Source: Leptospiria bacterium (GTDB lineage: Bacteria > Spirochaetota > Leptospiria > Turneriellales > CBDBES01). Taken from it: a stretch of DNA of 64,000 nt. Positions within the stretch are counted from its first letter, which is position 1. The number at the start of each line of letters is the position of its first letter. Of this stretch, positions 12,828 through 23,533 are shown one piece after another. Location: NCBI GenBank assembly GCA_965262015.1, contig OZ253494.1:229308-293307 (forward strand). Reading direction: 5' to 3'. The position numbers and the translations under genes were made by a program. Below the pieces are notes generated by a model, which was not told the origin of the DNA, searched no databases, and saw only the letters and a list, made by a program, of their open reading frames with translations.

Positions 12828-13162
12828 TACTACTCTTTATTATATTACGTAAAAAGCATGTTAGCTTTGTATGGATGTTTATTAGTCTTGTATTTTTTAT
12901 GCTTTACCAGTATATGTGGAGACAAGATATTTATGCCTTTTTTAGGTCTTTAGTGCAACATAAATCTAACTTCTGGATACAATGCTTTCATAGTAGTTTA
13001 CAAATGGGAATTTATTCCTCATTTTGGTTGTGGCCTTTATCTCTTATCATAGTTCTTATTGTAAAAGACAAACGAGAAAAGAGTATGGTGATATCTGCTA
13101 CTATTCTCTTTAATTTGATTTTTTTATTAGGTCTGATTGGCTTCAATTTATATTTACAATAA
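12788..13162 (+). CDS. small hydrophobic membrane protein (hypothetical)
   Basis: 3-4 predicted TM helices. Overlaps the pdxA end, so the real start may be an internal Met. Confidence 0.4.
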   Translation: MDKSIFFPSICWLILLFIILRKKHVSFVWMFISLVFFMLYQYMWRQDIYAFFRSLVQHKSNFWIQCFHSSLQMGIYSSFWLWPLSLIIVLIVKDKREKSMVISATILFNLIFLLGLIGFNLYLQ

Positions 13163-13541
13163 AAGGTTGTATAGCTTTTTCATAGAGAGATTTATCGTAA
13201 TATAAATAATTCTCACCCCATTCATTTGCATTATCTATTGCAAATGAATGGAACAACTCGTTGGTATTAGAGCAACACATACGTAGACCATTTTTTCCAC
13301 CATAAATAAGCCAAGCATGACCATCACCAGAGTCTTCTACACATAAGGCCTTTGCCTGACAGGGTTGGTTATTAACGTCCCAACCCACAAGCACCACCTT
13401 ATAAGGTGGTGCTACCTCATTGGAAGATTCTGGATAATACAATGTATGTTGTATGTGAAGAGGGGTGCTATGACTCATGAAAGTACGTATCTCTTCATCA
13501 TCTACATTTGGATTAGGAGTTATATTGATTTCTACAATCAT
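13143..13541 (-). CDS. hypothetical protein (132 aa)
   Basis: ORF immediately downstream of prpC on the same strand; no motif recognised. Confidence 0.4.
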   Translation of the reverse strand: MIVEINITPNPNVDDEEIRTFMSHSTPLHIQHTLYYPESSNEVAPPYKVVLVGWDVNNQPCQAKALCVEDSGDGHAWLIYGGKNGLRMCCSNTNELFHSFAIDNANEWGENYLYYDKSLYEKAIQPFIVNIN

Positions 13542-13551
13542 AAAAGTTATT

Positions 13552-14682
13552 TTAGACCTTTAGATTCCTTGGTCCTTTATAGATAACTCTTGGTCTGAAT
13601 AAACGATTATTTGCATGTTGCTCAATGTGATGTGAAACCAATCCTGCTATGCGAGAACATAAGAAGATAGGCGTATATAAATCAATAGGTATATCTATCA
13701 GATAGTATAACAAGGCAATAGGGTAATCTGCATTAGGATATAGTTTTTTTTCTGTTTCTACCGTTTTAGCAATGATATTATATATATCATGTAGAGCACT
13801 GCCATGTTCTCGTAAGTGGACTAATTCTGGAAGGTAATCTTTCAAAAGAAAGGCTCTAGGATCATATTTTTTCATATAAACCCTATGTCCAAAACCCATA
13901 ACTTTTTCTTTTTTGGCCAATCGGTCTAGGATATATTTTTCGGCAACTTGTGGGCCACCTAACTCTAAGACTTCTAAAAACATTTTCATTGCTGCTTCAT
14001 TGGCACCACCATGTAGCGGACCCTTAAGAGAAGCGACTGCACTAGCAACAGAACCGTAGATATCGGATAATGTAGATGCAATGACTCTAGTTGTAAAAGT
14101 GGAATTAGGCATTTCATGTTCGATATAAGTTGTTAATATACGGTCTAATATATCAACCTTGGTTGCTTCGGGTGCTTTACCTGTTATCATGTATATAAAA
14201 TTTTCTGTATAGCTGAGACTAGTATCTGGTTTGATGATAGGTAGATTTTGTAAGCTTCTGTATGCATTAACTGCAATAATAGGTGCCTGTGCTAGGATTT
14301 TTAGGGATTTAGCTTGATTGGATGAGATACTAGTGTTCATTAAATCTTCTTCATCTTCATATCCTCCTAATATAGATATACCTGTTCTTAGGGCATCCAT
14401 TACTGACATGCTCTTAGGTAATAGTTGAAATATATCATATATTTCTTCAGGTAAGCTTGATTGTTCCATGAGAGAGTGATTAAATTGTTTATACTCTTCA
14501 GGAGATGGTAGTTTATTGTGTATTAACAAGTACGCTACATCTAGGTATTTTTTCTTTTGTATCAATTCTATTAGGTCATAACCACGAATAATAATTTGTT
14601 CATTTTCTGTATCAAGATAAGATAACTCTGTGATCGATGCAATCACCCCATCTAAACCGGGTTTATAGTCTGCTTCATTCAT
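13552..14682 (-). CDS. prpC: citrate synthase family enzyme, probably 2-methylcitrate synthase
   Basis: Citrate-synthase motifs (GPLHGGANE, GFGHRVY, catalytic His/Asp context). Sits directly downstream of prpB. Confidence 0.75.
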   Translation of the reverse strand: MNEADYKPGLDGVIASITELSYLDTENEQIIIRGYDLIELIQKKKYLDVAYLLIHNKLPSPEEYKQFNHSLMEQSSLPEEIYDIFQLLPKSMSVMDALRTGISILGGYEDEEDLMNTSISSNQAKSLKILAQAPIIAVNAYRSLQNLPIIKPDTSLSYTENFIYMITGKAPEATKVDILDRILTTYIEHEMPNSTFTTRVIASTLSDIYGSVASAVASLKGPLHGGANEAAMKMFLEVLELGGPQVAEKYILDRLAKKEKVMGFGHRVYMKKYDPRAFLLKDYLPELVHLREHGSALHDIYNIIAKTVETEKKLYPNADYPIALLYYLIDIPIDLYTPIFLCSRIAGLVSHHIEQHANNRLFRPRVIYKGPRNLKV

Positions 14683-14712
14683 GAATTTGTTTCTCCTTGT
14701 AATTCAGTTTCC

Positions 14713-15612
14713 CTAAGTTATGTACTTTGCTGAATCTGCAACAGCTGTGTCGAAAATACCATAAGCATTATAATCTAAAAGGTCATAAAGTTCTTTGCGA
14801 GTTTGCATATTGTCTACTAGATTTTCTTGTGTTCCATGTTGCAGTAAAGCATCAAATAGAGTATCTACTGCTTTCATGGCACTTCTTAGGGTACTGACAG
14901 GATAAATAGTAATCTGGTATCCCCAATCATGAAATTGTTTGCTAGTATAATATGGTGTTTTGCCAAACTCAGTCATATTAGCCAATAAAGGAACATTAAT
15001 TTGACTGGAAAAAGTACAAAATTCTTCCTCTGTCTTTAATGCTTCAGGAAAAATAATATCCGCACCAGCTTCCACATAGGCCTGTGCTCGATTTAGAGCT
15101 TCTTCTATGCCAAATAAGGAATGGGCATCCGTCCTAGCAACAATAAGTAGCTCTTTGCGTACCTTAACCGCAGCCTCTATTTTACGGCACATATCTGCTG
15201 TAGATACCAACTTCTTGCCTTCTAAGTGACCACATTTTTTAGGAAGTTCTTGATCTTCTATTTGTATGGCAGCACCACCAGCACTCTCTATTATATGTAC
15301 TGTTTGGGGAATATGAAGTACTTCACCAAAGCCTGTATCAACATCCACTATAATGGGTAAATCACATGTGCGGTATACTTGTTGTATGTAATCTGCTAAT
15401 TGTGTTACGGTAAAATAACCTAGATCTGGTAGACCCAATGAGGCAGAAAAAGCTGCACCAGAAACATATAAAGCCTTAAAACCTTTTTCTCTAGCCAACA
15501 TAGCTACCAGTGGATTAAATACACCAGGTACCTGGAGTGCCTGCTTTGATGCTAATAATTTTTTTAAACGAATTGGTGCGTCATTATTATTCTGTTGAAA
15601 CATCCAAGACAT
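14713..15612 (-). CDS. prpB: methylisocitrate lyase
   Basis: PGVFNPLVA..LYVSGAAFSAS.LGLPDLG, DVDTGFG, IEDQELPKKCGHLEGKKLV (isocitrate-lyase/PEP-mutase signature). Confidence 0.85.
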   Translation of the reverse strand: MSWMFQQNNNDAPIRLKKLLASKQALQVPGVFNPLVAMLAREKGFKALYVSGAAFSASLGLPDLGYFTVTQLADYIQQVYRTCDLPIIVDVDTGFGEVLHIPQTVHIIESAGGAAIQIEDQELPKKCGHLEGKKLVSTADMCRKIEAAVKVRKELLIVARTDAHSLFGIEEALNRAQAYVEAGADIIFPEALKTEEEFCTFSSQINVPLLANMTEFGKTPYYTSKQFHDWGYQITIYPVSTLRSAMKAVDTLFDALLQHGTQENLVDNMQTRKELYDLLDYNAYGIFDTAVADSAKYIT

Positions 15613-15624
15613 AGGTAAACGGCC

Positions 15625-15972
15625 TTATTCTTTGAATGCTTCCAAGGCATCTTCTCTATATTTAAATATTTCAAAAATAGAGTTTAGATGGGTAATCTCT
15701 AGCAAGCTACTAACTTCTGGGCTCGGAGCGGATAAAGCCAATCTACCATGAGATTTTTCAATTTCTTTATGAGCATTAAGTAAAATACCTAGTGCAGACG
15801 AGTTAATAAAATCTACCTTTTCTAGGTTAATAATAATTTTTAATACTGATTTTTCGGACAAGCATTCTTCTAATTTTTCCGCCAGGTCAAACTCTAGCTC
15901 ACTATTAACACGACCCACAATCTCAATTATGGTAACCGAATCATCTTCTTTAACTGTTGTTATTTTAGTCAT
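15625..15972 (-). CDS. STAS-domain anti-sigma-factor antagonist (SpoIIAA-like)
   Basis: 115 aa; pattern LEKVDFINSSALGILL and size are typical of STAS antagonists. Confidence 0.7.
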   Translation of the reverse strand: MTKITTVKEDDSVTIIEIVGRVNSELEFDLAEKLEECLSEKSVLKIIINLEKVDFINSSALGILLNAHKEIEKSHGRLALSAPSPEVSSLLEITHLNSIFEIFKYREDALEAFKE

Positions 15973-16128
15973 TTTCTGTTCCTTGTTTATTTAACATTGC
16001 AAGAGATAATTTCCCAGTGGTTGAATATCTTACTTGAGTGTAAGAAAATATATGTTTTCCAAAAAATCAAGTTTTTTCTTTATTATATTTCTCTAATTGA
16101 CTGAATAGAGTTTTATTTATTTGGTGAA

Positions 16129-19100
16129 GTGCAAATGCCTAAGCGTGAAGATATAACAAGTGTTATGATCATTGGTTCAGGTCCAATTGTAATTGGACAG
16201 GCAGGTGAATTTGATTATTCAGGTACTCAGGCTGTTAAATCTCTCAAAGAAGAAGGATACAGAGTTATATTAGTTAATTCTAATCCTGCTAGTATCATGA
16301 CAGATCAAAATCTGGCAGATAAAATTTATATTGAACCTTTATCTCTACCTTATCTTACTAAAATTATTGAGAAAGAGCGTCCAGATACCATATTACCTAC
16401 GGTTGGAGGGCAAGTCGCTCTTAATTGTGCTCTTGAGTTACATGATGCGGGTATTTTACATAAGTATGCCGTGGAGCTGATTGGTGCTAATGTGGAAACA
16501 ATTCGCAAGGCTGAAGATAGAAAATTATTTAAAGAGGCTATGCATAAAATATCTGTTTCTACGCCTGAGTCAGGCTTTGCCCATAACTGGGAAGAAGCTA
16601 AATTATTATTGGATAAGATACATTTACCAGTAATTCTAAGGCCTTCGTATACCTTGGGGGGCAGTGGTGGTGGTATCTGTTTTTCTCAAGATAAGTTTAA
16701 GAGTATGGTATTATATGCATTAGAGATTAGCCCAACTAACCAGGTATTAATTGAAAAATCTATATTAGGGTGGAAAGAGTTTGAATTAGAATTAATGCGC
16801 GATCAGGTAGATAATGTGGTAATTATTTGTAGCATTGAAAATGTAGACCCAGTTGGTATACATACTGGTGATTCGATTACGGTAGCACCACAGCAAACTT
16901 TGTCTGACATTGAATATCATAACCTACGTGATCTATCCATTAAAATTATGAGAGAAATTGGTGTAGAAACTGGTGGTGCAAATATACAGTTTGCGGTTAA
17001 CCCAGAGAACGGTGATGTTGTTGTTATTGAGATGAATCCTCGGGTAAGTCGTTCATCTGCTTTGGCTAGTAAGGCAACAGGATTCGCTATTGCAAAAATT
17101 GCCGCCAAGTTATCTGTTGGTTACACATTACCAGAGCTAGTTAATGAGATTACCAAGCAAACTCCAGCATGTTTTGAACCCAGCCTAGATTATATTGTAA
17201 CAAAAATGCCTCGATTTAATTTTGATAAATTTCCTCATACTGATCCTACCTTAGGTTCACAAATGCGTTCAGTTGGTGAAGTCATGGCAATAGGGCGTAC
17301 TTTTGCCGAATCCTTCCAAAAGGCTATTCGTTCGTTAGAAATAGATCATGATGGTTGGGGGGCAGATACCTTTATGCATCTGCCTTTGAAAGTGAAAAAT
17401 TATTTACTTTCAGGAGATGACGAACGTGCTATATGGAATGAGTTATTAGGTAAGCCGACCCATGAACGAATATTTGTTCTTCATCAGGCTTTTTTACATG
17501 GTTTGTCTGTGGATGATGTATATCAGATAACAAAAATTGACAGATGGTTTTTAGAGAAATTATACGAACTCATTATACTAGAAAAACAATGGCAAAAAGA
17601 ATTTTATGATACAAAGAAGTTATCCTATTCTTCCATGAAAAAATCCAAAGAACTAGGTTATGCAGATAAACAATTAGCATTGGTATGTTTACATCCAGAG
17701 TATGATAAACTCCTTAATATTCTAGTTCGTATGGAAGCTGGTTCTAAATCGTATATCCAATTATATACAAAGTTTCAAAAAAAAGTATCTAATTTAGCCA
17801 TTAAGATAGCAGGGCAACGAGATACTTATCAATTATTACCTGTGATTAAGAGTGTAGATACCTGTGCAGCAGAGTTTCAAGCAACTACATCTTATTTATA
17901 CACTACGTATGAACAAGAATGTGAATCACATATTACTAGTAACAAAAAAATAATTATTCTGGGGAGTGGTCCAAATCGTATAGGGCAGGGCATAGAGTTT
18001 GATTATTGTTGTTGCCATGCTTCTTTTGCACTAAAATCTATGGGCATTGAGAGTATTATGGTGAACTGTAACCCTGAAACAGTCTCAACAGATTATGACA
18101 CATCTAACAAGCTCTATTTTGAGCCACTACATACAGAACATATTTTAGATATTTACCATAAAGAAAATCGTGATGGAAATGTTCTGGGTGTTATTATTCA
18201 ATTTGGTGGCCAAACACCTTTACGTATAGGAAAAGAGTTAGAAAAACATGGTGTTACCATTCTTGGTACCACCATGAAGACAATACACCAAACAGAAGAT
18301 CGTCATGAGTTTTCTTTGTTAATGAATAAACTTAAGTTAGCTCAACCCATGGGGCAGACAGCTTGGAATCTTACTATGGCACTAAAAGTGGCTAAGCGTA
18401 TAGGTTATCCACTTTTGGCCAGGCCTTCATATGTTCTAGGGGGTAGTGCTATGAGTATCTTATACAGCGATGCAGAGTTGAAAGAATATCTTAGTGGCCT
18501 TACCACTATATCCAAAGATAGGCCTATTCTAATCGATCAATTTATAGAGGATGCGATTGAAATTGATGTAGATGCTGTCTGTGATGGTAAACAAGTTATT
18601 ATTGCAGGGATCATGGAACATATTGAGGAAGCCGGTGTACATTCTGGCGATAGTGCTTGTACTCTCCCAACGGTTAATATTGCAGAGAAGGTTCTAGCAA
18701 TGATACATGATTATACAACTCTAATTGCCTTACAGTTATGTATCAAGGGTTGTCTTAATATCCAGTTTGCCCTTAAAGAAGATAAGATTTATATACTTGA
18801 AGTAAATCCTAGAGCAAGCCGTACAGTGCCCTTCGTTTCTAAAGCTATTCGTCAACCTATTGCCCAAATCGCAACACGTATTATGTTAGGCTATACTTTA
18901 GAGGAGCAAGATGTACAGTTACCCAAAGTTTTGACATTATGTAATATTAAAGAAGCCGTCTTACCATTTGATAAGTTTGTAAATACAGATATAATTTTAG
19001 GTCCTGAGATGCAATCAACAGGAGAAGTTATGGGTATTGGTAAAACATTTGTTGAGGCTTTTATCAAAGCACAAGAATCAGCTGGGCATAATTTACCTAA

Positions 19101-19491
19101 ATCAGGTACCATTTTTATTTCCATAAATGACACTTCTAAGCCACATCTTGTGAGCATGGTAAAGGGTATTGTGCAAAAAAATTATACTATCGTTGCCACC
19201 CTGGGTACCAGTAAATACTTACAGAAGCATGGTATTCCCGTAAACACCATCAATAAGTTGCATGAGGGTCAGCCAAATATTATTGATGCGATACAGAATA
19301 AAGAAATCCATTTTATTTTGAACATACCTACTGATCATGCGACACGAAATGACGCCTTAGAGATTCGCTTATCAGCGATCTCTTATCGGATTCCTTACGC
19401 AACTACCTTGGCGGCAGCACGTTTTGCTTTTTTAGGCATGATGTCTCTAACAGATGAAGTACAAGTATATGACTTGTCTCATGCACCCTAA
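16129..19491 (+). CDS. carB: carbamoyl-phosphate synthase large subunit
   Basis: Duplicated ATP-grasp halves ([19 protein letters not shown] and [19 protein letters not shown]; [17 protein letters not shown] and [15 protein letters not shown]), MGS-like C-terminal domain. ORF opens at GTG 16129; ATG 16135 (MPKRED) is the more likely start. Confidence 0.95.
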   Translation: MQMPKREDITSVMIIGSGPIVIGQAGEFDYSGTQAVKSLKEEGYRVILVNSNPASIMTDQNLADKIYIEPLSLPYLTKIIEKERPDTILPTVGGQVALNCALELHDAGILHKYAVELIGANVETIRKAEDRKLFKEAMHKISVSTPESGFAHNWEEAKLLLDKIHLPVILRPSYTLGGSGGGICFSQDKFKSMVLYALEISPTNQVLIEKSILGWKEFELELMRDQVDNVVIICSIENVDPVGIHTGDSITVAPQQTLSDIEYHNLRDLSIKIMREIGVETGGANIQFAVNPENGDVVVIEMNPRVSRSSALASKATGFAIAKIAAKLSVGYTLPELVNEITKQTPACFEPSLDYIVTKMPRFNFDKFPHTDPTLGSQMRSVGEVMAIGRTFAESFQKAIRSLEIDHDGWGADTFMHLPLKVKNYLLSGDDERAIWNELLGKPTHERIFVLHQAFLHGLSVDDVYQITKIDRWFLEKLYELIILEKQWQKEFYDTKKLSYSSMKKSKELGYADKQLALVCLHPEYDKLLNILVRMEAGSKSYIQLYTKFQKKVSNLAIKIAGQRDTYQLLPVIKSVDTCAAEFQATTSYLYTTYEQECESHITSNKKIIILGSGPNRIGQGIEFDYCCCHASFALKSMGIESIMVNCNPETVSTDYDTSNKLYFEPLHTEHILDIYHKENRDGNVLGVIIQFGGQTPLRIGKELEKHGVTILGTTMKTIHQTEDRHEFSLLMNKLKLAQPMGQTAWNLTMALKVAKRIGYPLLARPSYVLGGSAMSILYSDAELKEYLSGLTTISKDRPILIDQFIEDAIEIDVDAVCDGKQVIIAGIMEHIEEAGVHSGDSACTLPTVNIAEKVLAMIHDYTTLIALQLCIKGCLNIQFALKEDKIYILEVNPRASRTVPFVSKAIRQPIAQIATRIMLGYTLEEQDVQLPKVLTLCNIKEAVLPFDKFVNTDIILGPEMQSTGEVMGIGKTFVEAFIKAQESAGHNLPKSGTIFISINDTSKPHLVSMVKGIVQKNYTIVATLGTSKYLQKHGIPVNTINKLHEGQPNIIDAIQNKEIHFILNIPTDHATRNDALEIRLSAISYRIPYATTLAAARFAFLGMMSLTDEVQVYDLSHAP

Positions 19492-19510
19492 ATAATAAGG
19501 CACCAGATTA

Positions 19511-19870
19511 TTAGAGACGTTTGCCTATTATAATTTTTAGGCTGATAAATGTAAATCCAGTATATTCATGGATATTTTCTAAAATATGTTTTTGGCTCAT
19601 TTGTAATTGTTGTAGGAATACAGAGTGATCCGAGCTGATATGCAATATATTCTCTCGAATTTTGGTTGGAGTTGTATGTGTAGCCAATGCCTCCCCAACT
19701 ATTTGATTCCATTTAGAAGAAACTGTAAATAGCTTATTTTGTTCTAACCAGTCTTCCTTAACTTTTTGACTTTTCCGACTTAAAGCAATTTGCATGATAT
19801 GTACCAAATCATCTTTATTTATCTTAGTCAGATGATTATTTCTATGTTCTAAAATAGTTTTAATTTTCAT
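19511..19870 (-). CDS. DUF721-family protein (DciA-like)
   Basis: 119 aa; pattern KWNQIVGEALATHTTPTKIRENILHISSDHSVFLQQLQM matches the DUF721 consensus as I recall it. Confidence 0.55.
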   Translation of the reverse strand: MKIKTILEHRNNHLTKINKDDLVHIMQIALSRKSQKVKEDWLEQNKLFTVSSKWNQIVGEALATHTTPTKIRENILHISSDHSVFLQQLQMSQKHILENIHEYTGFTFISLKIIIGKRL

Positions 19871-19886
19871 AAAATAAGTTATAGTT

Positions 19887-20798
19887 CTATTGCGTTAGGT
19901 CAATCATATATTGGTATCTCTTTTCAATTTCACTCTTTGTTAAATCAGTAAGGCCTTTTACAGAAAATTGTTCCACACAACTGCTTGCAACGACTGCTCC
20001 CCATACCAGTGCTTGTTTCATTATGGCTTCTTTTTGATGGTCTTGTGCTTGAATATACATATTATTATACAAGAAAGACATAAAGGCACCAGCAAAACTA
20101 TCTCCTGCACCAGTTGGATCTTGTACTTGTTTCACTGGATATGCCTTTGTTGTAAACATGTCATTAGGGCCAGCAAAACATGCACCTTCACTACCTTGTT
20201 TAATAACAACATAGAGTACGCCTTTTTTACGAAGTTCTGTTATCGCTTCAGATATATTGTTTGTTTGGGTGAGTTGATGTATCTCTGTTTCATTTAAAAA
20301 TAAAAGATCGATTTTATTTAATAGTTGTAAGAGGACCTCAGGCTTGGAATCGATCCAAAAATTCATTGAATCTAAGGCAATAAATTTTTTTTGGGTTGTC
20401 TGCTCAATAATATTAATTTGCAGGGATGGATCAATATTACCAAGAAAAATATATTCTGCTTGTTTTTGTTTATCGTTTAGTGCTGGTTTGAAATGTGCTA
20501 GAGCTCCTAGCTGGGTTTCACGGGTATACGCAGTATTCATGTCTTTTTTGTAATACCCATCCCATCGAAAAGTAGGTTCCTGTGCTATGTGTAGTCCTGT
20601 TATGTCAATGGCATGCTTACGAAAAAGAGTTTTATATTTTTCTGGAAAGTCTTGTCCAATCACACTTATCATACTTACTGGTGCCAGTAATGATGCTGAT
20701 AACGAGGCATAGCTAGCAGAACCTCCTAAAATATCATTATATCTACCGGACGGTGTTTCAATAGTATCCAATCCAATAGAGCCTAGTATAAGTAACAC
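19887..20798 (-). CDS. PfkB-family carbohydrate/nucleoside kinase
   Basis: Ribokinase-fold motifs: N-terminal GSIGLD..GGSA, C-terminal DPTGAGDSFAGAF. GTG start. Confidence 0.8.
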   Translation of the reverse strand: MLLILGSIGLDTIETPSGRYNDILGGSASYASLSASLLAPVSMISVIGQDFPEKYKTLFRKHAIDITGLHIAQEPTFRWDGYYKKDMNTAYTRETQLGALAHFKPALNDKQKQAEYIFLGNIDPSLQINIIEQTTQKKFIALDSMNFWIDSKPEVLLQLLNKIDLLFLNETEIHQLTQTNNISEAITELRKKGVLYVVIKQGSEGACFAGPNDMFTTKAYPVKQVQDPTGAGDSFAGAFMSFLYNNMYIQAQDHQKEAIMKQALVWGAVVASSCVEQFSVKGLTDLTKSEIEKRYQYMIDLTQ

Positions 20799-20903
20799 AA
20801 AGATACCCTAAAATCTTATGATACGCAGTCAACTATTCGTTGGTGAATAATACATTCTAAACCGTTACTGGGTATCTTCTATTTTAAAGTGTGAAAATCA
20901 GCT

Positions 20904-21000
20904 TCACTCTTTAAATACTTCATTGAATGTTAAATAGCCTAATACTTTTCTTGGCCTTGAGTTTATTTTATGTATAATCTTATCAAGATATTTTAGTGTA
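20904..21000 (-). pseudogene. C-terminal remnant of an IS30-family transposase
   Basis: The tail ..LDKIIHKINSRPRKVLGYLTFNEVFKE matches the conserved IS30 C-terminus (LNxRPRKxLGxxTPxEVF). No DDE core is present, and the rest of the 61-aa ORF overlaps the flaB terminator. Confidence 0.5.
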
Positions 21001-21042
21001 ATATATCTAAAATCTGTTCCATAGGAAAAGAGTGCTATATAA

Positions 21043-21072
21043 TAAAAAAACCTCATGAGACATCCCATGAGG
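21043..21072 (-). terminator. rho-independent terminator of the downstream flaB copy
   Basis: 7-bp stem cctcatg/catgagg (21051-57 / 21066-72), 8-nt loop, followed on the minus strand by U7 (A-run 21044-50), 25 nt after the flaB stop. Confidence 0.6.
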
Positions 21073-21096
21073 TCCAAGAAAAAACACAAAATAATA

Positions 21097-21960
21097 TTAT
21101 TCTATTAGCTTCAATACTTGCCTTACGCCCACCTGAGCATGTGCCAGCATCGCCGTGCTACTCTGTAATAATATTTGCTTTCTTGTAAGTTGCATTAACT
21201 CCTCTGCTATATCTGCGTCTCGGATACGACTTTCTGCAATAGACATAGTGGCATAGTTATCTGCCAAAGATTTGGCAGTTAACTCTAGACGGTTATAATA
21301 ACCTCCTAAATCCGCTCTTTGTTTATTCAGCTTATCCAACGCAAAATCAACACGACCAATCATCTCATTGGCATCTCCTACGGTTGCTATATTTGTTTTA
21401 CGGCCTGTCTCATTCAAACCAAGAGATTTGGTATTCAAAGTAGCAATATAAGCCCGCACTCTTTGGTTCTGGTTTGGGCCTACATGAAAAAACATAGAAG
21501 CTTTACCAGAATTTTTAGCATAATCTCCCGTCAAAATTTTTCGGCGGTTAAATTCTGCTGAAGTAGATATGCGATCTACCTCATCCATCAATTGAGATAC
21601 TTCTAACTGAATTTGCTCTCTATCTTGATTAGAGTAGATTCCGTTTGCGGCTTGAACAGATAGTTCTCGTATTCGTTGCAAAATATGATTTACCTGGTCC
21701 ATCCCGCTCTCAGCTACTTGAATAAAAGAAAGCCCATTTAAGGCATTCCTTTCTGCTTGTTTTAGTCCTTTGATTTGTGTTCGCATTTTTTCAGAGACAG
21801 CTAAATTTGTAGCATCATCACCGGCTTTATTTATCCGCATGCCACTAGAGATTCTCTCTATTGATTTATTCATCCCTGCCAAAGAACTATTGATTTGCCT
21901 AATGGCAAATAAGCCTGCAGAGTTATGGTTAATTCGCATCTTCTTCCTCCCTTTGTGCAA
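21097..21960 (-). CDS. flaB: flagellar filament core protein, FlaB-type flagellin
   Basis: [47 protein letters not shown]-domain and conserved C-domain (RADLGGYYNRLE...ESRIRDADIAEE..LTRKQIL). Likely real start is Met8 at 21939. Confidence 0.9.
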   Translation of the reverse strand: MHKGRKKMRINHNSAGLFAIRQINSSLAGMNKSIERISSGMRINKAGDDATNLAVSEKMRTQIKGLKQAERNALNGLSFIQVAESGMDQVNHILQRIRELSVQAANGIYSNQDREQIQLEVSQLMDEVDRISTSAEFNRRKILTGDYAKNSGKASMFFHVGPNQNQRVRAYIATLNTKSLGLNETGRKTNIATVGDANEMIGRVDFALDKLNKQRADLGGYYNRLELTAKSLADNYATMSIAESRIRDADIAEELMQLTRKQILLQSSTAMLAHAQVGVRQVLKLIE

Positions 21961-22126
21961 AATCTCTAAAGTTTTTTTCCTCCAGAGTTTGTGGGATTCT
22001 TATTATTTTAGAATAAGGTAAAAATCACACAAACTCCGAAGGAAGGCACAATTAAAGAGGGAAGAGCATTTTTTATAGGTACTAAATAAAATATTTAGTA
22101 AAAGATATCTTCTTAAATCACGGGAA

Positions 22127-22960
22127 CTAGTTACCTAGTAGGCGGAGTACATTTCTACCACTGAGATTTGCCTGAGATAGCATGGCAATGGAAGCAGATT
22201 CAAGAAGTTGATTTCTTGTTAATGCTAGCATTTCTTCTGCCATGTCTGTGTCTCTGATTTGGCTTTCTGCAGATTGGAAGTTTTCATAAGCTTGAAATAA
22301 GCTTTTAGCCGTCAGTTCCATCCGATTAGCGTAAGCACCAATATTTGCTCGTTGCTTAGCTAATTTATCCAAGGCATTGTCAACCAAGCCAATCGCTTCA
22401 TTGGCTCTACCAACACTAGTTAATGTGATAGCATCCATATTTAAAGCTTTTGCTGTCATTGTTGCCAGATAAACCCTTTCTCGTTGGTGCATGTTAGGTC
22501 CAACATGAAACCACATAGAAGCGGTTCGTGAATCCCTAGCAAAATCACCTAAGAAAATCTTAAATCGGTTAAACTCAGCTTGAGAAGACAGTCTGTCGAT
22601 TTCACTAACTAATTGTGAAACTTCTAGCTGTATCAACACTCTATCAGATTCATGATAAATACCATTAGCAGATTGAACTGCTAATGTTCTTACTCTCTGT
22701 AAAATATTTGATACCTGGCTCAAAAAGCCATCAGCCGTCTGCATAAAGCTTAGGCCGTCCTCTGTATTCTGTTCTGCTCTACGTAAACCCATGATCTGTG
22801 TACGCATCTTTTCTGATAACGCTAGACCAGAGGCATCATCTCCAGCTCGATTTATCCTCTCTCCAGAAGATAGTCGTTCTATAGATTTACGAGTTTCCCA
22901 GCTTGTAAATTTCAATACTCTATGAGTATTGATTGCACTCATATTGTGATTAATAATCAT
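22127..22960 (-). CDS. flaB: flagellar filament core protein, FlaB-type flagellin (paralogue)
   Basis: [59 protein letters not shown]; C-terminal [24 protein letters not shown]. Confidence 0.92.
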   Translation of the reverse strand: MIINHNMSAINTHRVLKFTSWETRKSIERLSSGERINRAGDDASGLALSEKMRTQIMGLRRAEQNTEDGLSFMQTADGFLSQVSNILQRVRTLAVQSANGIYHESDRVLIQLEVSQLVSEIDRLSSQAEFNRFKIFLGDFARDSRTASMWFHVGPNMHQRERVYLATMTAKALNMDAITLTSVGRANEAIGLVDNALDKLAKQRANIGAYANRMELTAKSLFQAYENFQSAESQIRDTDMAEEMLALTRNQLLESASIAMLSQANLSGRNVLRLLGN

Positions 22961-23533
22961 TGTATACTCCCTTCAACTTCTAAGTTGTACAGGCCCTTCC
23001 GTAAGAGATAAACCACCAGAATACAGTGGCATAACTCTTCCGGAAGTAGCTGAGGACGTATACAAAGAACCTTAACTTAACGGTTCTTGTAAGAATAATA
23101 ATCCGATATCTTTAAATCCAAAGATCATCGTACCCTCTGGTATTTTACTACACCCTGGTATACTGATTCTAAAATTAGATACAGCATATTTACAAAGTGA
23201 ACATAAATCACAACGTAAAATAACAACAAAGGTATAGTGTCTAATTGTCGGATTGCAGGAACTATGAAGTTGAATTTATAATATGATTTTTTCAATAGGT
23301 CGTATGAATATATGATGTAAGTGAGAAAACCTTTGTATAAGCAAAGCAATTGAACTTACAAGCAGATATAAACACGATACAGTAAAGTTCAATTCACACT
23401 TTAAAATAAGTGCTTATACCATAGATAAACTTAACTTTCCAATTTTTTATAAAAAAGTATTGATTTTGTAAGTGTATAAAATATACCTTTCCCATGGACA
23501 GAAAATAGATACTTTTACCAGTTACTCTATGGC

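Noticed and set aside
21940-23130. Sigma-28 (TAAA-N15-GCCGATAA) promoters upstream of the two flaB genes
   Set aside because: I found no convincing match on the minus strand. The only CCGATA-like string (about 23105-23115) is in the wrong orientation and has wrong spacing.
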